Shown piece by piece: positions 1-13,325 of a stretch of 64,000 nt of DNA. The position numbers were made by a program, and so were the translations under genes. Source of the DNA: Octopus vulgaris (lineage: Eukaryota); the NCBI GenBank assembly GCA_951406725.2, contig OX597819.1, forward strand, positions 133,610,001-133,674,000, written 5' to 3'. Positions within the stretch are counted from its first letter, which is position 1. The number at the start of each line of letters is the position of its first letter. The notes beneath the pieces are model-generated. The model was not told where the DNA came from. It worked only from the letters and a program-made list of their open reading frames with translations, and did no database searches.

Positions 1-540
1 GGGAAAGTGCTACATTGGAAACTACGTGAAAAGTGGGGTCTAGAGAGAGGCAAGACGTGGTATGAACACAAACCACGGTGAATGGCAGAGTCGGAGACTA
101 GCAAAATCCTCTAGGATTTCCCAATCCAAACAAATCAGGTACTGTGGCATAATCTACTAAACCTAGAGGTCGTGACCAGGGTGCACCACATATGCTATAT
201 AGTCGATGTTGCATACCCCTTTCACCCACGAATGGTCACGAAGGAAGACGAAAATATAGATAGATACAACTCTCTGAAATACGAAATGGCTCGGCTATGG
301 AAAAATGAAGACGGTGAAGATTGTGCCAATTATTGTTGGCAAGAGGAATATAAAGGAAATTGGAATAGAGTTCCCAGTAGAACTGTTACAAAAGCTTTGC
401 CTCCTTGACACGGCCAGAATAATCTGGTAAGTAATAGATAGCTGAAAAGAACTAACAGCATGGTACCGTAGACTGCAGGTAGTAAACCCGCTATGTATGC
501 AAGACTCCAGGAGTTCCAACAAAACCGTTGATTAAGAGAA
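1..540 (+). mobile_element. 3' end of decayed R4/Dong-like RLE non-LTR retrotransposon, ending in (TAA)n
   Basis: Frame 1 reads GKVLHWKLREKWGLERGKTWYEHKP..., ORF 172-408 CYIVDVAYPF...DRYNSLKYEMARLW matches the RLE endonuclease C-terminus seen in other copies here; stops/frameshifts; followed by (TAA)n 541-617. Confidence 0.85.
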
Positions 541-550
541 AATAATAATG

Positions 551-615
<65 letters not shown>

Positions 616-617
616 TC
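541..617. repeat. (TAA)n microsatellite, element tail/target
   Basis: Direct reading. Confidence 0.95.
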
Positions 618-1499
618 TCAAATTTTGAAACTTTGGAAGTGATTTTTTTTTTCGGAATATAGTAAATAACTAGGGAAAGCAAAGAAAAAAAAACTACATG
701 AAAAATTTATGTTGAACGTTTTTTCTTTTAAATATTAAATGTCTGTAAACAATTCTTTGTGTTGCGCTTGTGATATTCTTGAAGCTGCTATTGGTAAAAA
801 CTTGTCTAGAAATTTCTGTACATGAATATTCCTAGATTGAAATTAAATTAAATTAACAGCAGGGTGTATAAAATTAATAGAAATGTACATCACTATGAAA
901 AAATAAATTCATTTTATTTCACAAAATGATAATAATTACGAGCGAAACGAGCAAACAGAATTTAGAGATAAATTTTATCTAGACATGATAAGTATTTTGA
1001 AATCTTATAAATATTTCATTATTTGCACTGAAAGTTTTACTATGGAAGCAGTCGACAAACATAAGAGAACTGATAACATTTATCTCTTTAACTGATTAGA
1101 GTCCAGACATTCGACATTTTGTTTGGTATCATATAGCATAAATCGAGTCAAACTAAAATTTATACCAACTAAAATTTCATCCTAATTATTCCGTTTAAAA
1201 TTAAAACAAAGCCAAATATTTGAAGATTAATTGTAGATGAATATTGTCAATGATTTACCAAACTATTGAGTGGATTAAACATTTTAGTTGATAGCTTATG
1301 ATAATTACTGACGAAATGTAGAGGTGGCTGTTATAGTCCTGCATTGTTTGTTTGAAGTTAGTAAATTGAAATTGAACTCAAATCGATCGCTCTAATAAAC
1401 GAAGCAATCGGTGCCAGCTTTGTGGGTGGGGATAACATTTTATGTGGATAATGAGGCGGAAGTGTAGATTGGTGCATTAGTATAGTCTTTTCTAGGAGA

Positions 1500-2165
1500 G
1501 GTAAGTCGATTACATCGACCCAAGTGGTCAGCTGGTACTTCACACCCATTGCCTCCAACGAATTTTACGCATTATTTGGAAAGATAAGGACCCCCGCACA
1601 GAATTTTTCCAGCGTTGAAGCCATCATCCAACTCCGTCTTCTAAGATGAGTCGGCCAAGTTATCAGGATGCCTGATAATCGTCTCCTGAAAATGGTCTTC
1701 TTCGGAAAGCTATGAATCGGTGTTCACCTGCACGGCGGACCTAAGAAGAAGTTCAGGGACCATCTTAAGCTTGTCCTCAACTCCTGCAGCATTCAACCAG
1801 TACAATTTGAACACTTTGCTCGGTACCGGCAAAGCTGGCGCTCTCTCTGCAACGAAGAAAATACACATTTTGAACTAATCCGACGTAAAAAAACTTGAGA
1901 AAAAGAGACGTCAAAGTCATCTTAGACTCAGCAACAATATAATGCGCAACTTGCCTTGTCATCGGTGTTCAAGTACAAGCCAATCCAGGATCGGATTGTT
2001 TTCAAATCTATCAACTCCCAAAGTATAGGTTAAGACTGCTAGAGGACAGCGTCTTCTTCAATATTGATGGACAGCTGTATGCCTATTGTCGACCGCGAAA
2101 GGATGAAAGGTAATGTGGACCTCGGTGGAATTTGAATTCAGAATGTAAAGACCGACGGAATTCCT
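1500..2165 (-). mobile_element. Old tRNA-derived SINE split by an RTE insertion (halves 1500-1540 and ~2084-2165)
   Basis: gtcgattacatcgacccaagt...ggtactt and tcgaccgcgaaaggatgaaagg...ggaatttgaattcagaa are contiguous in intact SINE copies such as 23941-24172. Confidence 0.75.
1541..2083 (+). mobile_element. RTE-clade LINE 3' fragment
   Basis: Translates SVEAIIQLRLLR*VGQVIRMPDNRLLKMVFFGKL*IG...GGPKKKFRDHLK, the typical RTE ORF C-terminus. Confidence 0.8.
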
Positions 2166-2270
2166 CCTCAAAAGTTACTTCTAATATTATGGTACACGTC
2201 TTTGCAACTGCAAATACAACAACGACAACACAGGTAGAAATAGGAACTTCAATAATAATAAAAAATGAGA

Positions 2271-2840
2271 AAGCGGTGAGCTGGCAGAAGCGTTAGCACG
2301 CCGGACGAAATGCTTAGCGGTATTTCGTCTGCCGTTACGTTCTGAGTTCAAATTCCGCCGAGGTCGACTTTGCCTTTCATCCTTTCGGGGTCGATAAATT
2401 AAGTACCAGTTATGCACTGGGGTCGATGTAATCGACTTAATCCGTTTGTCTGTCCTTGTTTGTCCTTTGTGTTTAGCTCCTTGTGGGTAGTAAAGAAATA
2501 GAAATAGGTATTTCGTCTGCCGCTGCATTCTGAGTTCGAATTCCGCCCAGGTCGACTTTGTTTTTCATCCTTTCGGGATCGATAAATTAAGCACCAGTTA
2601 CACACTGGGGTCGATTTAATCGACTTAATCCGTTCGTCCGTCCTTGTTTAGCCCCTTGTGGGTAGTAAAAATTAGGTATTTCGTCTGCCGTTATGTTCTG
2701 AGTTCAAATTCTGCCGAGGTCGACTTTGCCGTTCATCCTTTCGGAGTCGATAAATTAAGTACCAGTTGCGTACTGGGCTCGTTCTAATCGACTACACCCC
2801 CCGCAAAAAAAAATGGGGGCCTTGTGCCTAGAGTAGAACA
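2271..2840 (+). mobile_element. tRNA-derived SINE trimer (head, tail-A unit, tail-A unit, tail-B unit)
   Basis: A-box-like TGGCAGAAGCG, B-box-like GAGTTCAAATTCC; body restarts at ggtatttcgtctgccg at ~2507 and ~2675. Confidence 0.9.
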
Positions 2841-3578
2841 GTGTAATGGGAAATGAGAACACATAGACAAAAGCAAGGTATATGCTTTGTCTGAATGTAA
2901 TATTCACTTATAGTTGGGTAGTCATTTGCATCAAAGTAGTATCCGGAACTAAATTACTCTGGCCTGATATTACGTGGATGTATATTGAAAATGAAAAGGG
3001 GGCGATGAATCGTAGAAAAAGGGGCGGGGTCATAAAATTAAGTAAAAGAAAAGAAGTGGATCAAGAAAAAAATGAGAAACCTTGCTTTAAATATATAAAA
3101 TAAAATAGAAAACTATTTTTAAAGAAACTATTATTTATGGTGCAATAAAGTTAATATTAGGAGAGTTTAGTATGGACGAAGATGAATAGAAGACGGAAGC
3201 ATTGCTTGTTAAACCGACTCTAATTTATACAATAAACTGCTCTAGCTTTCACACAAAATACATATAGGATGTTATATACTGGAGGTTCGAGCATCAAACT
3301 CAGCAAGTATCGAATGTGGTAGTTCTATCGTACGATGGCAAAAATATGTAAGGTTTGGGAGAAAGGTTTCATACGAATTTTGGTTTTGTAAACTCCAAAA
3401 TGCTTGGGAAACATGAGTCACAAATGCAACGTAACGTATTACAGTTCAAAGACCGTTTAAGAAAAGCAGGAGAAGAGATAGAGTGAAAATAGATTACTGT
3501 TTAAATAACAAGTCTGCATCGATGCAATACAAGTAAATTTTCTTTTACATTTAGGAGTACGCGCGCGTGTGTATGTGT

Positions 3579-3628
<50 letters not shown>

Positions 3629-4643
3629 GTGTGAAACAAATTACAAAAATAGAATGGAACACGAAAAATTGAGAAATCGAGGTAAATGGATTCAGTTAAG
3701 CAGTGATGTGCTCCCCCATAGATGGAACATTCTCTTGATATTTATAGTTGTTCAGTCTAGGATTCGATCCGAATATTTTATTCCAAAATAAATACGAGTT
3801 GTGATTGGCTAAAAAAACAACCACAAAAAAGAATGTCAGAAAAAACAACACCAACAAGCAGAAAACGCGATCAAGCATTTGAGTTACTCCAATCCACAAG
3901 ACTCTTAATTGTATTGATGAGTGTATCGCAATTATTTTGGTAGGGAAGGCAGAAGCAGTTGGTTGGTAATATCCTTGAAGATACGGAGTCGCTAGAGAAT
4001 CGCCTCCCCCAAGAATCAGGATTTCGTAAAATCCAAAACACAACTCAAAGCAAATGTTGATTCCATTGATTTCGAACATTCTTTATGGAATGTAACAAAT
4101 GTCGTGGTGAATGTCCTCATACTCTGAAAGAGTTGTTCTTAGAAGAGTCATCGGTAGATTCGCGTTAAAAACCTGCGAGAACGTGTTTAGACTGAGCACG
4201 TATGACGTTGTTGAGGTTGTTACAGTTCTCCGTGCATGTTACGATTTGTTATCGGTTTGGCAGACATCAGCACGCATCCGAAAAGAATCTGTTCGTTGAA
4301 TTCCACAACGGTTCTTGTTTAGTTCATTGATCTGAGAGTAACTTTGACGAAAGAGACACAGCTAAATCGAAACGTGACAGTGTTCCGACTTGCGCTTAGT
4401 ACATACACTTTTGAAGCTGCAGGACATATTAAGAATGAATTGTGATACAGCCATTGTTAAGATTTTAATATGATTTTAGTAAGGATTCCGAAATCTGTTT
4501 CGCAACGCGGTGTCTCGTTAAAAAATGGTTAGTAATTTTCGTATGGGCCTTAAAAGTGGAATATAGCTTTTATATCACTAGTTTAAGAATTTTACAAGTG
4601 ACATCTAATTCTGCAGTAACGAACAATTTCTGTAGCATGAATA

Positions 4644-4648
<5 letters not shown>

Positions 4649-4716
<68 letters not shown>
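4649..4716. repeat. (TG)n microsatellite; similar tracts at 3568-3632, 35562-35632, 40675-40767, 46133-46195, 52942-53043
   Basis: Direct reading. Confidence 0.95.
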
Positions 4717-4721
<5 letters not shown>

Positions 4722-5516
4722 CACGCGCGTGCCTCCATGTGTATGGATGCATGTATTTATGTATTTGTTATATTTTGGAAAAGAAGTCGGTGTTAAGTTC
4801 ACTTGTTAATCTCATATACATTTTGTTTTATCAGAATTAGTAAGTAATTTGTTTATTGCTTTTGACGTTTTAATCTTATTCTGAAGTTCATTCTCGAAGA
4901 CATTATATTTCTACTAAATTTGACATTTTTGATCTTGAAAAAATATCATCTTTAAATCCCATTAATTCATAATACCTTCATACATTCCACTGTTTCTTTA
5001 ATTTAATTTGAATAAAATATTTCTCTTAAACAACATACTGGAGAGAATTCATTTTTTTTTCAAACGTACATTTTCCAATTTAATAATGCAGTGAATTTAA
5101 TATTTTCTTGTTAATACATATGTAACAAATAAAATTATTTCATTTTTAAAATACAACAGAATATCTTTATAAACATTTCCCAAATAACTTTACTTTAAAT
5201 TTAGAACGGCAACATTCGTAATTCATTTTATTTCACTTAATATCCAACGCAGCCATTTTCAAATGTTTCCAATAGTTTGCTTTAAGTGTTAAAATAACCC
5301 ATAAAATAATATGTAAGTTAAACATTTCCAACTCACATACCTCCGTCAATACAATCTTAATTCCTTATTTGATTTTCCTGTCCTTCTTCTTACACCATCT
5401 GCCTATATATTCTAGTACAACATCGCTCCCATTTCGATGCCAATAACATTTAGATGTGACCAGTCTCTATTATTCGAACAAAACAAATATATAATATATA
5501 TATATGTATCCGTCTA

Positions 5517-5844
5517 TGTATAGTGAAGGCGCATGGCTCAGTGGTTAGAGCGTCGAGCTTACGATCGTGAGGTTGTGAGCTCGAATCCCGGACCGGGCTG
5601 CGTGTTGTGTTCTCGAGCAAAGCACTTTATTTCACGTTGCTCCAGTTCACTCAACCGTAGAAATGAGTTGCGACGTCACTGGTGCCAAGCTGTATCGACC
5701 TTTGTCTTTCCCTTGGATAATATCGGTGGCGTGGAGAGGGGAGGCTGGTATGCATGGGCGACTGCTGGTCTTGCCCGGACTTGTGTCTAGGAGGGTAACT
5801 TTCTAGGTGCAATCCCATGGTCATTCATGACCGAAGGGGGTCTT
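5517..5844 (+). mobile_element. Full-length tRNA-derived SINE (second family) with 16-bp TSD
   Basis: A box TGGCTCAGTGG, B box GCTCGAATCCC; TSD tatatgtatccgtcta at 5501-5516 and 5845-5860. Confidence 0.9.
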
Positions 5845-5957
5845 TATATGTATCCGTCTAAAAATCCATAATCAGGAAAAAATGCACTCGTATGTCTGTC
5901 AGTAGAGTAGGTATATCAGTCGAAGTGTACGGTATTATATATATATATATATCCATT

Positions 5958-6242
5958 ACGTCTGATCTTACACATCAGTTTCGTACTGAGGGTTCAACGG
6001 AGTGTTAGGTAACAGTCCGATTACGTAACCCTGCGCTCTTCAGAGATGGCAATTATGGAATGAAATATGGTGGCTGCTTTCTATTGCTGGAGGTGAGCAG
6101 ACATCCCGCCAACAATAAAGAGTAGTCACTATATTTCATTCCATAAGTGCCATCTCTGAAAACCAGAGTGTTACATAATCAGATTGTTACCAAAATCTCC
6201 TTTGAAGCCCTGGTGCCCAAACTGATTGGTAAGATCGGCCGT
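5958..6242. mobile_element. Fully palindromic fold-back/MITE-like element (~285 bp)
   Basis: Arms pair throughout, e.g. ggtaacagtccgattacgtaac with gttacataatcagattgttacc and cagagatggcaattatggaatgaaatat with atatttcattccataagtgccatctctg. Confidence 0.8.
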
Positions 6243-6419
6243 GTCGAAACCATAATGACATCCTTGGGGCTGCTGATGATGGAGGTATGTTGGATTGTTG
6301 GTATGGCTGTGGAATAACATTATAACATATCCTTTTGATATATATATATATATATATATATATACATGCAAACACACACACACACACACATACATACACA
6401 TATAACTCCCGCCATGGAC

Positions 6420-6590
6420 GGGACGCTGGTCCGTCTCAGGATTACACATTTTTATCTACTGATTTGTCAGAAACGATGCGAAAAGAAGTGCTTTGCTCAA
6501 GATCACAACGCAGCCCTCGGTCCAAGAATCGGAACCCCTATCTTACGATTATTAGTCCAGCACCCTAACACCTATGGCATGCGCTTCCCC
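6420..6590 (-). mobile_element. Decayed tRNA-SINE 5' fragment
   Basis: ttgctcaagatcacaacgcagccc...ggaacccc...ccctaacacctatggcatgcgc is the reverse complement of the 5517-type head. Confidence 0.65.
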
Positions 6591-6715
6591 ATATACATGT
6601 ATAAATAGATATACATATTTACAAAGATGTAGACATAAACACACGCATACAAAGACATGTATTATACTGGATTAGGCACGCAAAAGCAGGGTTGTGAGTA
6701 AACAAACATTTAGAA

Positions 6716-7552
6716 TAGTTGAAATACATTTGGGATTATATCTGATTCGTAAAAGGCCGTATTCGCTGCTGTTACCCGATAAGAAAAGTCCATGATCCAG
6801 GCAATAATTATTCTTTTCTACTCTAAGCACAAAGCCCGAAAACTTTAGGGTTGAGGGGACCAGTCGATTAGATCGAGCCCAGTACGCAACTAATACTTAA
6901 TTTATCGACCCCGAAAGGATGAAAGGCAAAGCTGACCTCAGCGGAGTTTGAACTCAGAACGTAAAGACAGATGAAATACCTATTTCTTTACTACCCACAA
7001 GGGGCTAAACACAGCAGAAGACAAACAAGGACAGACAAACGGATTAATTCGATTACATCGACCTCAGTGCGTAACTGGTACTAAATTTATCGACCCCGAA
7101 AGGATGAAAAGCAAAGTCGACCTCGGCGGAGTTTGAACTCACAACGCAACGGCAGACGAAACACGGTTACGCATTTCGTCCGGCGTGCTAACGTTTCGGG
7201 CAGCTCGCCGCCTTCAGGCAATAAATATTAAAACACCAACAGTAATTTCATGGTCGCACTCTGGCGGAACGGTGAATGATTTTGTAGCTTTTTGGCTATC
7301 ATCCGTACTGTGTACCGCAAAAGTGACAATCCTGAAATGACTCATGAAGTCTTTGCTTCTTTGTAGTGCTTCAGTATCGTGATTTACTATAAATGTTGAT
7401 TATAGTCGAGAAGCAAGTAGTAAATTTGTCGTTCCGTCAGACGACGACCATGAAATGAATGCTGGCGTTTGAACAGCTTCTTAAAACAAATATTTTTATC
7501 CAACGACAAACGGCAGTGAATACGGTCTTTTACAGATCAAATGTTTCAAACT
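6716..7552. mobile_element. Fold-back/MITE-like element (~435 bp net) interrupted by a SINE dimer
   Basis: gtaaaaggccgtattcgctgctgtt (~6749) pairs with aacggcagtgaatacggtcttttac (~7509); atttcatggtcgcactctggcggaacg (~7245) pairs with cgttccgtcagacgacgaccatgaaat (~7430). Confidence 0.7.
6813..7214 (-). mobile_element. tRNA-SINE dimer (tail-A unit plus tail-B unit) with TSD
   Basis: Reverse complement of the 2271 family; unit junction at ~6980; TSD caggcaataa(t/a)tatt at 6798 and 7215. Confidence 0.9.
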
Positions 7553-8570
7553 GACCTTTCCCTTTTTCTATCTCTTTTTTATATATGTACATACATCAAT
7601 ATACACACACACAAGCACGTAGACACACGCGAGCGCGCATACACACAACACATGTATATATAGTCCTCTTAATATCATCCATACCACCCGCCTCCATCAA
7701 CATATACGTGTATAGTATCCTTCCGCTTCTTTCTACGCCTGCACATCTTTCCTTCTCCTCAGCTTCTCCATATATCAGTCCTAATCGCTTCTCCCTAAAT
7801 CCTCTCGATTAGATCACTGGCAAAACAGAATAATATCGTAGTTGAATTACTAGAAAAGATTTTATACACCTTAACGAGGCGGAAGCTTTTATAGTTTTGT
7901 GTTTCGACTTTATTTCTAAATAGATGAAAGTATTGCGCTTAAATAAGTAATAACGACAAAAAGACGCCATGTATGATTGATCTAAAGTCGATGTCAAGTA
8001 CTTGAAATGCTTGTATTGGTTGATTAAATTATAATCGTATACAGAACAAAAGGAAATGAAACAAATGTCTGAATATGTTTAGTATTGTTTTACCTCATCC
8101 GATTTCATTTTCGTCAGTTTCCTGCTAGAAAAACTCTTCATAACGCTGGATATATTATTCCTAGGTTAGAGTGAAACGTACAAACATTTTTTTCATATCT
8201 TACTCTCATAGCTTCTTCCTGCAGCTTCTTTTTTCTACCGATGTCGTTCATATTTCAAAATCAGAAGTCCCTTGCCTGTTTTTAGCCAACCTTCTCTCAT
8301 CTGTTGAATGATAACTTTTGTCATTCCTCTTCTCTCGCCATTATATTATTAAATCTGACACTGAAATGCGTAAAAGTTTTGCCAGGAAGACTATATTAAT
8401 TATATTGAACAATACATTAATTGTAAGACTATATTGATTATAACAATTAAATTTTAATCATTTTGAAAATTGCGACAGCTGTTGAAGAAAGTAAGAACTT
8501 TCAATAATTTTCTTTTTCCTTTTAATTACCAGATATTTTGCATGTGCGATATTTATTAAAATTCCTGTGT

Positions 8571-9419
8571 TACGAGGTGGCATCAAAAGGTTCCCAGACC
8601 AGTTATGTTTAATAAAAAATAACTTATTTACCAAAGTTTTAACCTCATCTCCATTGAAACAGTCACCTTGCATAGCAATACACCAGTCCCAGTGTTTCTG
8701 CCACTTTTGGAATCTGGCCTGGAAGTCATTTTCTATATGTGAGTCAAGGACCTTCTGTGATTCGCTCTGTATCTCAGTGACAGGGTTAAAATGGCAACCT
8801 TTGAGCTGCATTCTCATCTTAGAGAAGAGATGGAAGTTCACAGGTGCTAAATCTGGTGAATAGGGCAGGTGTGGAAGTGATACCATTTTGCTTTTGGTGA
8901 GAAACTCACGAATGAGGAGAGCTTGGTGACAGGATGCATTGTCGTTGTGAAGAATCCAATTCTTTGTGCTCCACAGATCCGATCGCTTTCGTCGAATGTT
9001 CTCCTCTGGGCCTGGGGGACGAATTCTCAATGCACAACACCACATTTCCGGGGCTGATGCTTGTGGCAGGTCTTCCAGAGCGTTCATCGTCTTCCAGGGA
9101 CGCTCTTCCGCTTTTGAAACGCCTGTGCCACTCTAAACATTGCGTACAACCCATTACCTTGTCACCTTAAGCTTGCCGAAGCATGTTCAATCTCTCTGTA
9201 GCAGATTTCCCAAGTTTAACGCAAGATTTCATGTTGGCGCTTTCTTCCTGTCCATGAGAAAATCGCAGGCAACAGCGTGCACGTGATGAAAAGAACACAA
9301 ATTTCACAACTTGAGAAGTAAACACAGCAATGTCACTTGGCACACTGCCTCATGAAGGTCACTGCAATGTTGTACGGCCATGTATAGGCGCACTAGAGAA
9401 CTAGTCCGGGAACCGCGTA
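8571..9419 (-). mobile_element. Internally deleted mariner (DD34D-type) transposon
   Basis: WHRRFKSGRASLEDDERSGRP, LHNDNASCH and HLPYSPDLAP motifs; TIR tacgaggtggcatcaaaaggttcccagaccagtt versus partial aactagtccgggaacc..cgta; TA ends. Confidence 0.9.
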
Positions 9420-9444
9420 TATAAATATGTACATCTCTCTGTTC

Positions 9445-9552
<108 letters not shown>

Positions 9553-10195
9553 CTCTTATGATAAAAGGCAGATTTTCTCTGCCTGTGACTATGTTTCTTT
9601 TTAATACAATTGTACAATATAGAATTTCTTCAATTGGAATTTACTTATGATTTTTCGAAGTAGATTCGATTGGGTCATGGCATATAAATTTTTTTCAATT
9701 TGACCCCCAATTAAGCAAAAATTCGAGAAAACTAAATATTTTACGATTTGCCTCTCTCATTTCAAAAAATGGCGCCAAACATAATTCACTTTCTCATTCG
9801 AACACATTTGCAAACACACACAAACAATTCACTGACATACGGTGAGTAGATGCTAGCCGCTCACATTATCAATAACACTATTACACCAATTGTGCTGGGA
9901 CTGTTGTCTACTTCCCGTTAGTTTTTAGTGTCGAGGAAACAAAACTTTCTCGAGAAATAACAAAAAAAAAACACTCCTAGATTTCACAAAGGACTTTAAG
10001 AAACGATAGGAACTAAGTTCAGTTGAAGAAAAGAGACCGATTTAAGGAAATCAGACGGTCGAATTGCCATGATAACTCAACAGAAAAGGTAAATTGGTTT
10101 TTAATTTACTTTCTGTCGCTAAGTTTTCGTAGTATTAATTTGCGAGCGTACTTCAGTTGTCGATTGTTGAAAGAAAGAAATTGTAAGCTAAGAAG

Positions 10196-10231
<36 letters not shown>

Positions 10232-10371
10232 GGGTATGTATGTGTGTGTGTCTGTGTGTGTGTGAGTGTGTGTGTATGTGTGTGTGTGTGTGTGTAGGAA
10301 GTGAAGGATAAAAATATGGCAAGAAGTGGACAGATGTACATATATACATACATACACCCATACATACATAC

Positions 10372-10403
<32 letters not shown>

Positions 10404-10423
10404 GTATTAATGTGTGTGTGTTA

Positions 10424-10803
10424 TCTCTCTATATAAACCTGAAGTTGTCTGTGTGCGCCAGGTTTGGTAGCCTTCAACTCCTCCGAGACCCTGCAGCGCA
10501 AGTTGACCAAAATTGAAAGTATGATAGTAGAAGGGTTGCTCTTCCTTCCGTAGAAGATAAAATTCAAATCGGACCATGTTAACACCAAAAATTATTTACA
10601 TCAAAAAGGTGCTTTTTTCTATGAAAATCCCTATTTTTTACGATTTCAATCACTGCTGTGTCGCCACTTTTCGGTATATTTAAACCAGAAAAATGTTCAC
10701 TTGAAGAGAAAAACAAGCTACATAATGCAAAATTTTTACTTTTCCAAAATTCCAATTCCAGCGGGTCGAAACAAACCCGAGCAACGCCGGGCGATACTGC
10801 TAG
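10424..10803 (+). mobile_element. Non-autonomous Helitron
   Basis: Inserted between A and T; starts TC (tctctctatataaa), subterminal hairpin cccgagcaacgccggg, ends CTAG. Confidence 0.8.
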
Positions 10804-11130
<327 letters not shown>

Positions 11131-11134
11131 CATA

Positions 11135-11356
11135 TATGTGTCTTTGTGCCTGCGCTTGTTCCCACATCACCACTTCACAATCTGTTGATCTGTTTATGTC
11201 CTCGAAGCCTAGCGGTTTGGCAAAACTGACCGATAAAATAAGTACTAGGCTTTAAAAAAAAGTACTGGGGTCGATGTGTTTGAGTAAAACTCTTCAAGAC
11301 TGTGCTCCAGCATGGTCACATCAAATGACTGAAACAAGCTAAAGAATAAAAGAATG
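11135..11356 (+). mobile_element. 3' half of microsatellite-containing SINE family
   Basis: gaccgataaaataagtactaggctt...gtgctccagcatgg...tgactgaaacaag matches 17335 and 49490 copies. Confidence 0.75.
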
Positions 11357-11680
11357 TTTATATATGAGAACAAAAAGATAACACATGAAAAACCAAAGTA
11401 CTAATAATCTTCGAGCCAAACGTTGCTTCGAGATTCTTGCATAGTAAAAGACTTTAGTAAATACATTTTTGAGTTTTGTGGCTAAAAAAGGCTTTTGTGT
11501 AGTGTTGGAAATAAGTGGTATTTAACTTGGCTGAATCCGATTTCGCTAATCTCAGTTCATTAGGTTTTATGTAATTTTCCATATTTTTTTCCGTATTGAA
11601 CACCATGTATGGTTTAGTGATTAAATAGGTATGTCATTTATGATATTTCCGAAACAATTGACGCAAATTGTGATCTAAAG

Positions 11681-11961
11681 CAGCGGTTCATAAAGTGTGC
11701 AGTATTGTCCCCCTGGTGGGGGGGGGAGCAGAAAGTTCCAAGGGAGCGTTGAAGAAAAGTGGGGCGATAATGGGGTAACGATTCATGTAAAAACAGTCGA
11801 ACAATGTGTTCATTGGGTTAAGTTTATTTGTTAAATACAGTTGCGTTGAATTTGCTTCAGAAAGAGTTCTATGTTTGTGATGGTTAGTTGGGGTCGGGAG
11901 CACTAGGAATGTGGCTTGGGCGTCAAAGGGGCTGCAGCCCGAAAAATTTGGAGAACCACTG
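11681..11961. mobile_element. hAT (Charlie-like) MITE
   Basis: TIR cagcggttc / gaaccactg; perfect 8-bp TSD atctaaag at 11673-11680 and 11962-11969. Confidence 0.9.
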
Positions 11962-12439
11962 ATCTAAAGTAATCAATTTCTGTCTTCAGAAGTGTGTTTC
12001 ATCTATTCGCAGAGGGTGTCATTGCCATTCTGTTGGTGGGGGTGGGGGGTTACTGGAGCTGATATTGGCACCGGTGTCGTTGTACCTGTTGCTATTGATT
12101 TAAATCCACTGCAACGATGCAGTGGATCTCGCGACGATTTGTGATTCGGTTTTGGTTCACAGGCGTATTCAGAGAAGCCTACTCACATATATACATTTAC
12201 ATACATACACATAACATATTATTTGCATATATCCTGGAGTTCTTGTGCAGAAAATAAATGTCCATGTAAATATTTTCATTTCAAGCCTTCTGCAGTATCT
12301 ATTAGTAAGACAATAACAATTTGAACACTTAGTTCATGTTTGACCAGTGCCAAGATCCTGTTCACAGAGAGTCACCGTCTCACGTCTTCCTTCGGCTTAT
12401 CTCTTTTTATCATTATTGATCTCTCCAACCATCGCCATT

Positions 12440-12905
12440 GACGCCCCCCGCCCCTTTGGGCGATATGCCGTGCTTGAGAAGACTGGACAAATCAAGGGAA
12501 ATCGTCGTTGTGACCGATGCCTGTGTCGCTTACCTGGCATCCGTGCCAGTGGCACGTAAAAAAAAAAACACCTTTCGAACTTTGGGCCCCACGGAGGCAG
12601 TGACAAGTGACCGAGACACCTGGCGAATTCCGTGCTTGAGAAGACTTATCAAGCCAAGCGAGATCGTAGTCGCGGTCGATGCAGGGGTTACGTAACTGGT
12701 ACGTAAAAAGCATCCACTACACTTTTGGAGTAGTTGGCGTCAGGAAAGGCATCCAGCTGAGAAAACCATGCCAAATGAGAATGGAAATTGGTGCAGCTCC
12801 CCGGCTTATCAGTCAAGCTGTCCAACGCATGTCAGTCAAGCTGTCCAACGCATGCCAGCATGGAAAACAGGGGTTAAATGATGATGATGATGAAGATGAA
12901 TGATG
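12440..12905 (+). mobile_element. Retroposon 3' end (RTE-type 3' UTR or SINE) with internal ~165-bp duplication and (GAT)n tail
   Basis: ccgtgcttgagaagact...ggcacgtaaaaa occurs twice (~12468, ~12631); tcagtcaagctgtccaacgcatg duplicated; ends gttaaatgatgatgatg. Confidence 0.65.
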
Positions 12906-13067
12906 ATATATGGCGGATAAGTATGTCCACTAAAAGTGGGAAGGGTCATATCACGAGTATATTTGATCATATCTACTCGCACACGGCTTACCTTAGACTG
13001 AAAATAAACCATCACCAGAACCACGACTATCATTTCACGACTGCTGCTACTACTACTGCTGCTGCTG

Positions 13068-13120
<53 letters not shown>

Positions 13121-13325
13121 GCAACCACTAATCGTACCAATGATGCTGCTGTTACTCCAAGTTTTTTAATCGCTTCTTCCTCTGCTGCTACAAAAAATAA
13201 ATATCTTGCAATCACAAATTATATATTCGCTTCAGATTTTGGCACAAGGCCAGCAATTTCGGGGAGAAGGGCGTCAGCTGATTACGTCAATTTAGAACTC
13301 AACTCGTTCTTATATTATCTACTCC

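Noticed and set aside
2271-2840. CRISPR-like or tRNA gene array
   Set aside because: Units are ~170-190-bp SINE bodies with no unique spacers, no cas genes and no complete cloverleaf
4080-4430. Possible Tc1/mariner 5' fragment
   Set aside because: No convincing motif or matching TIR by eye
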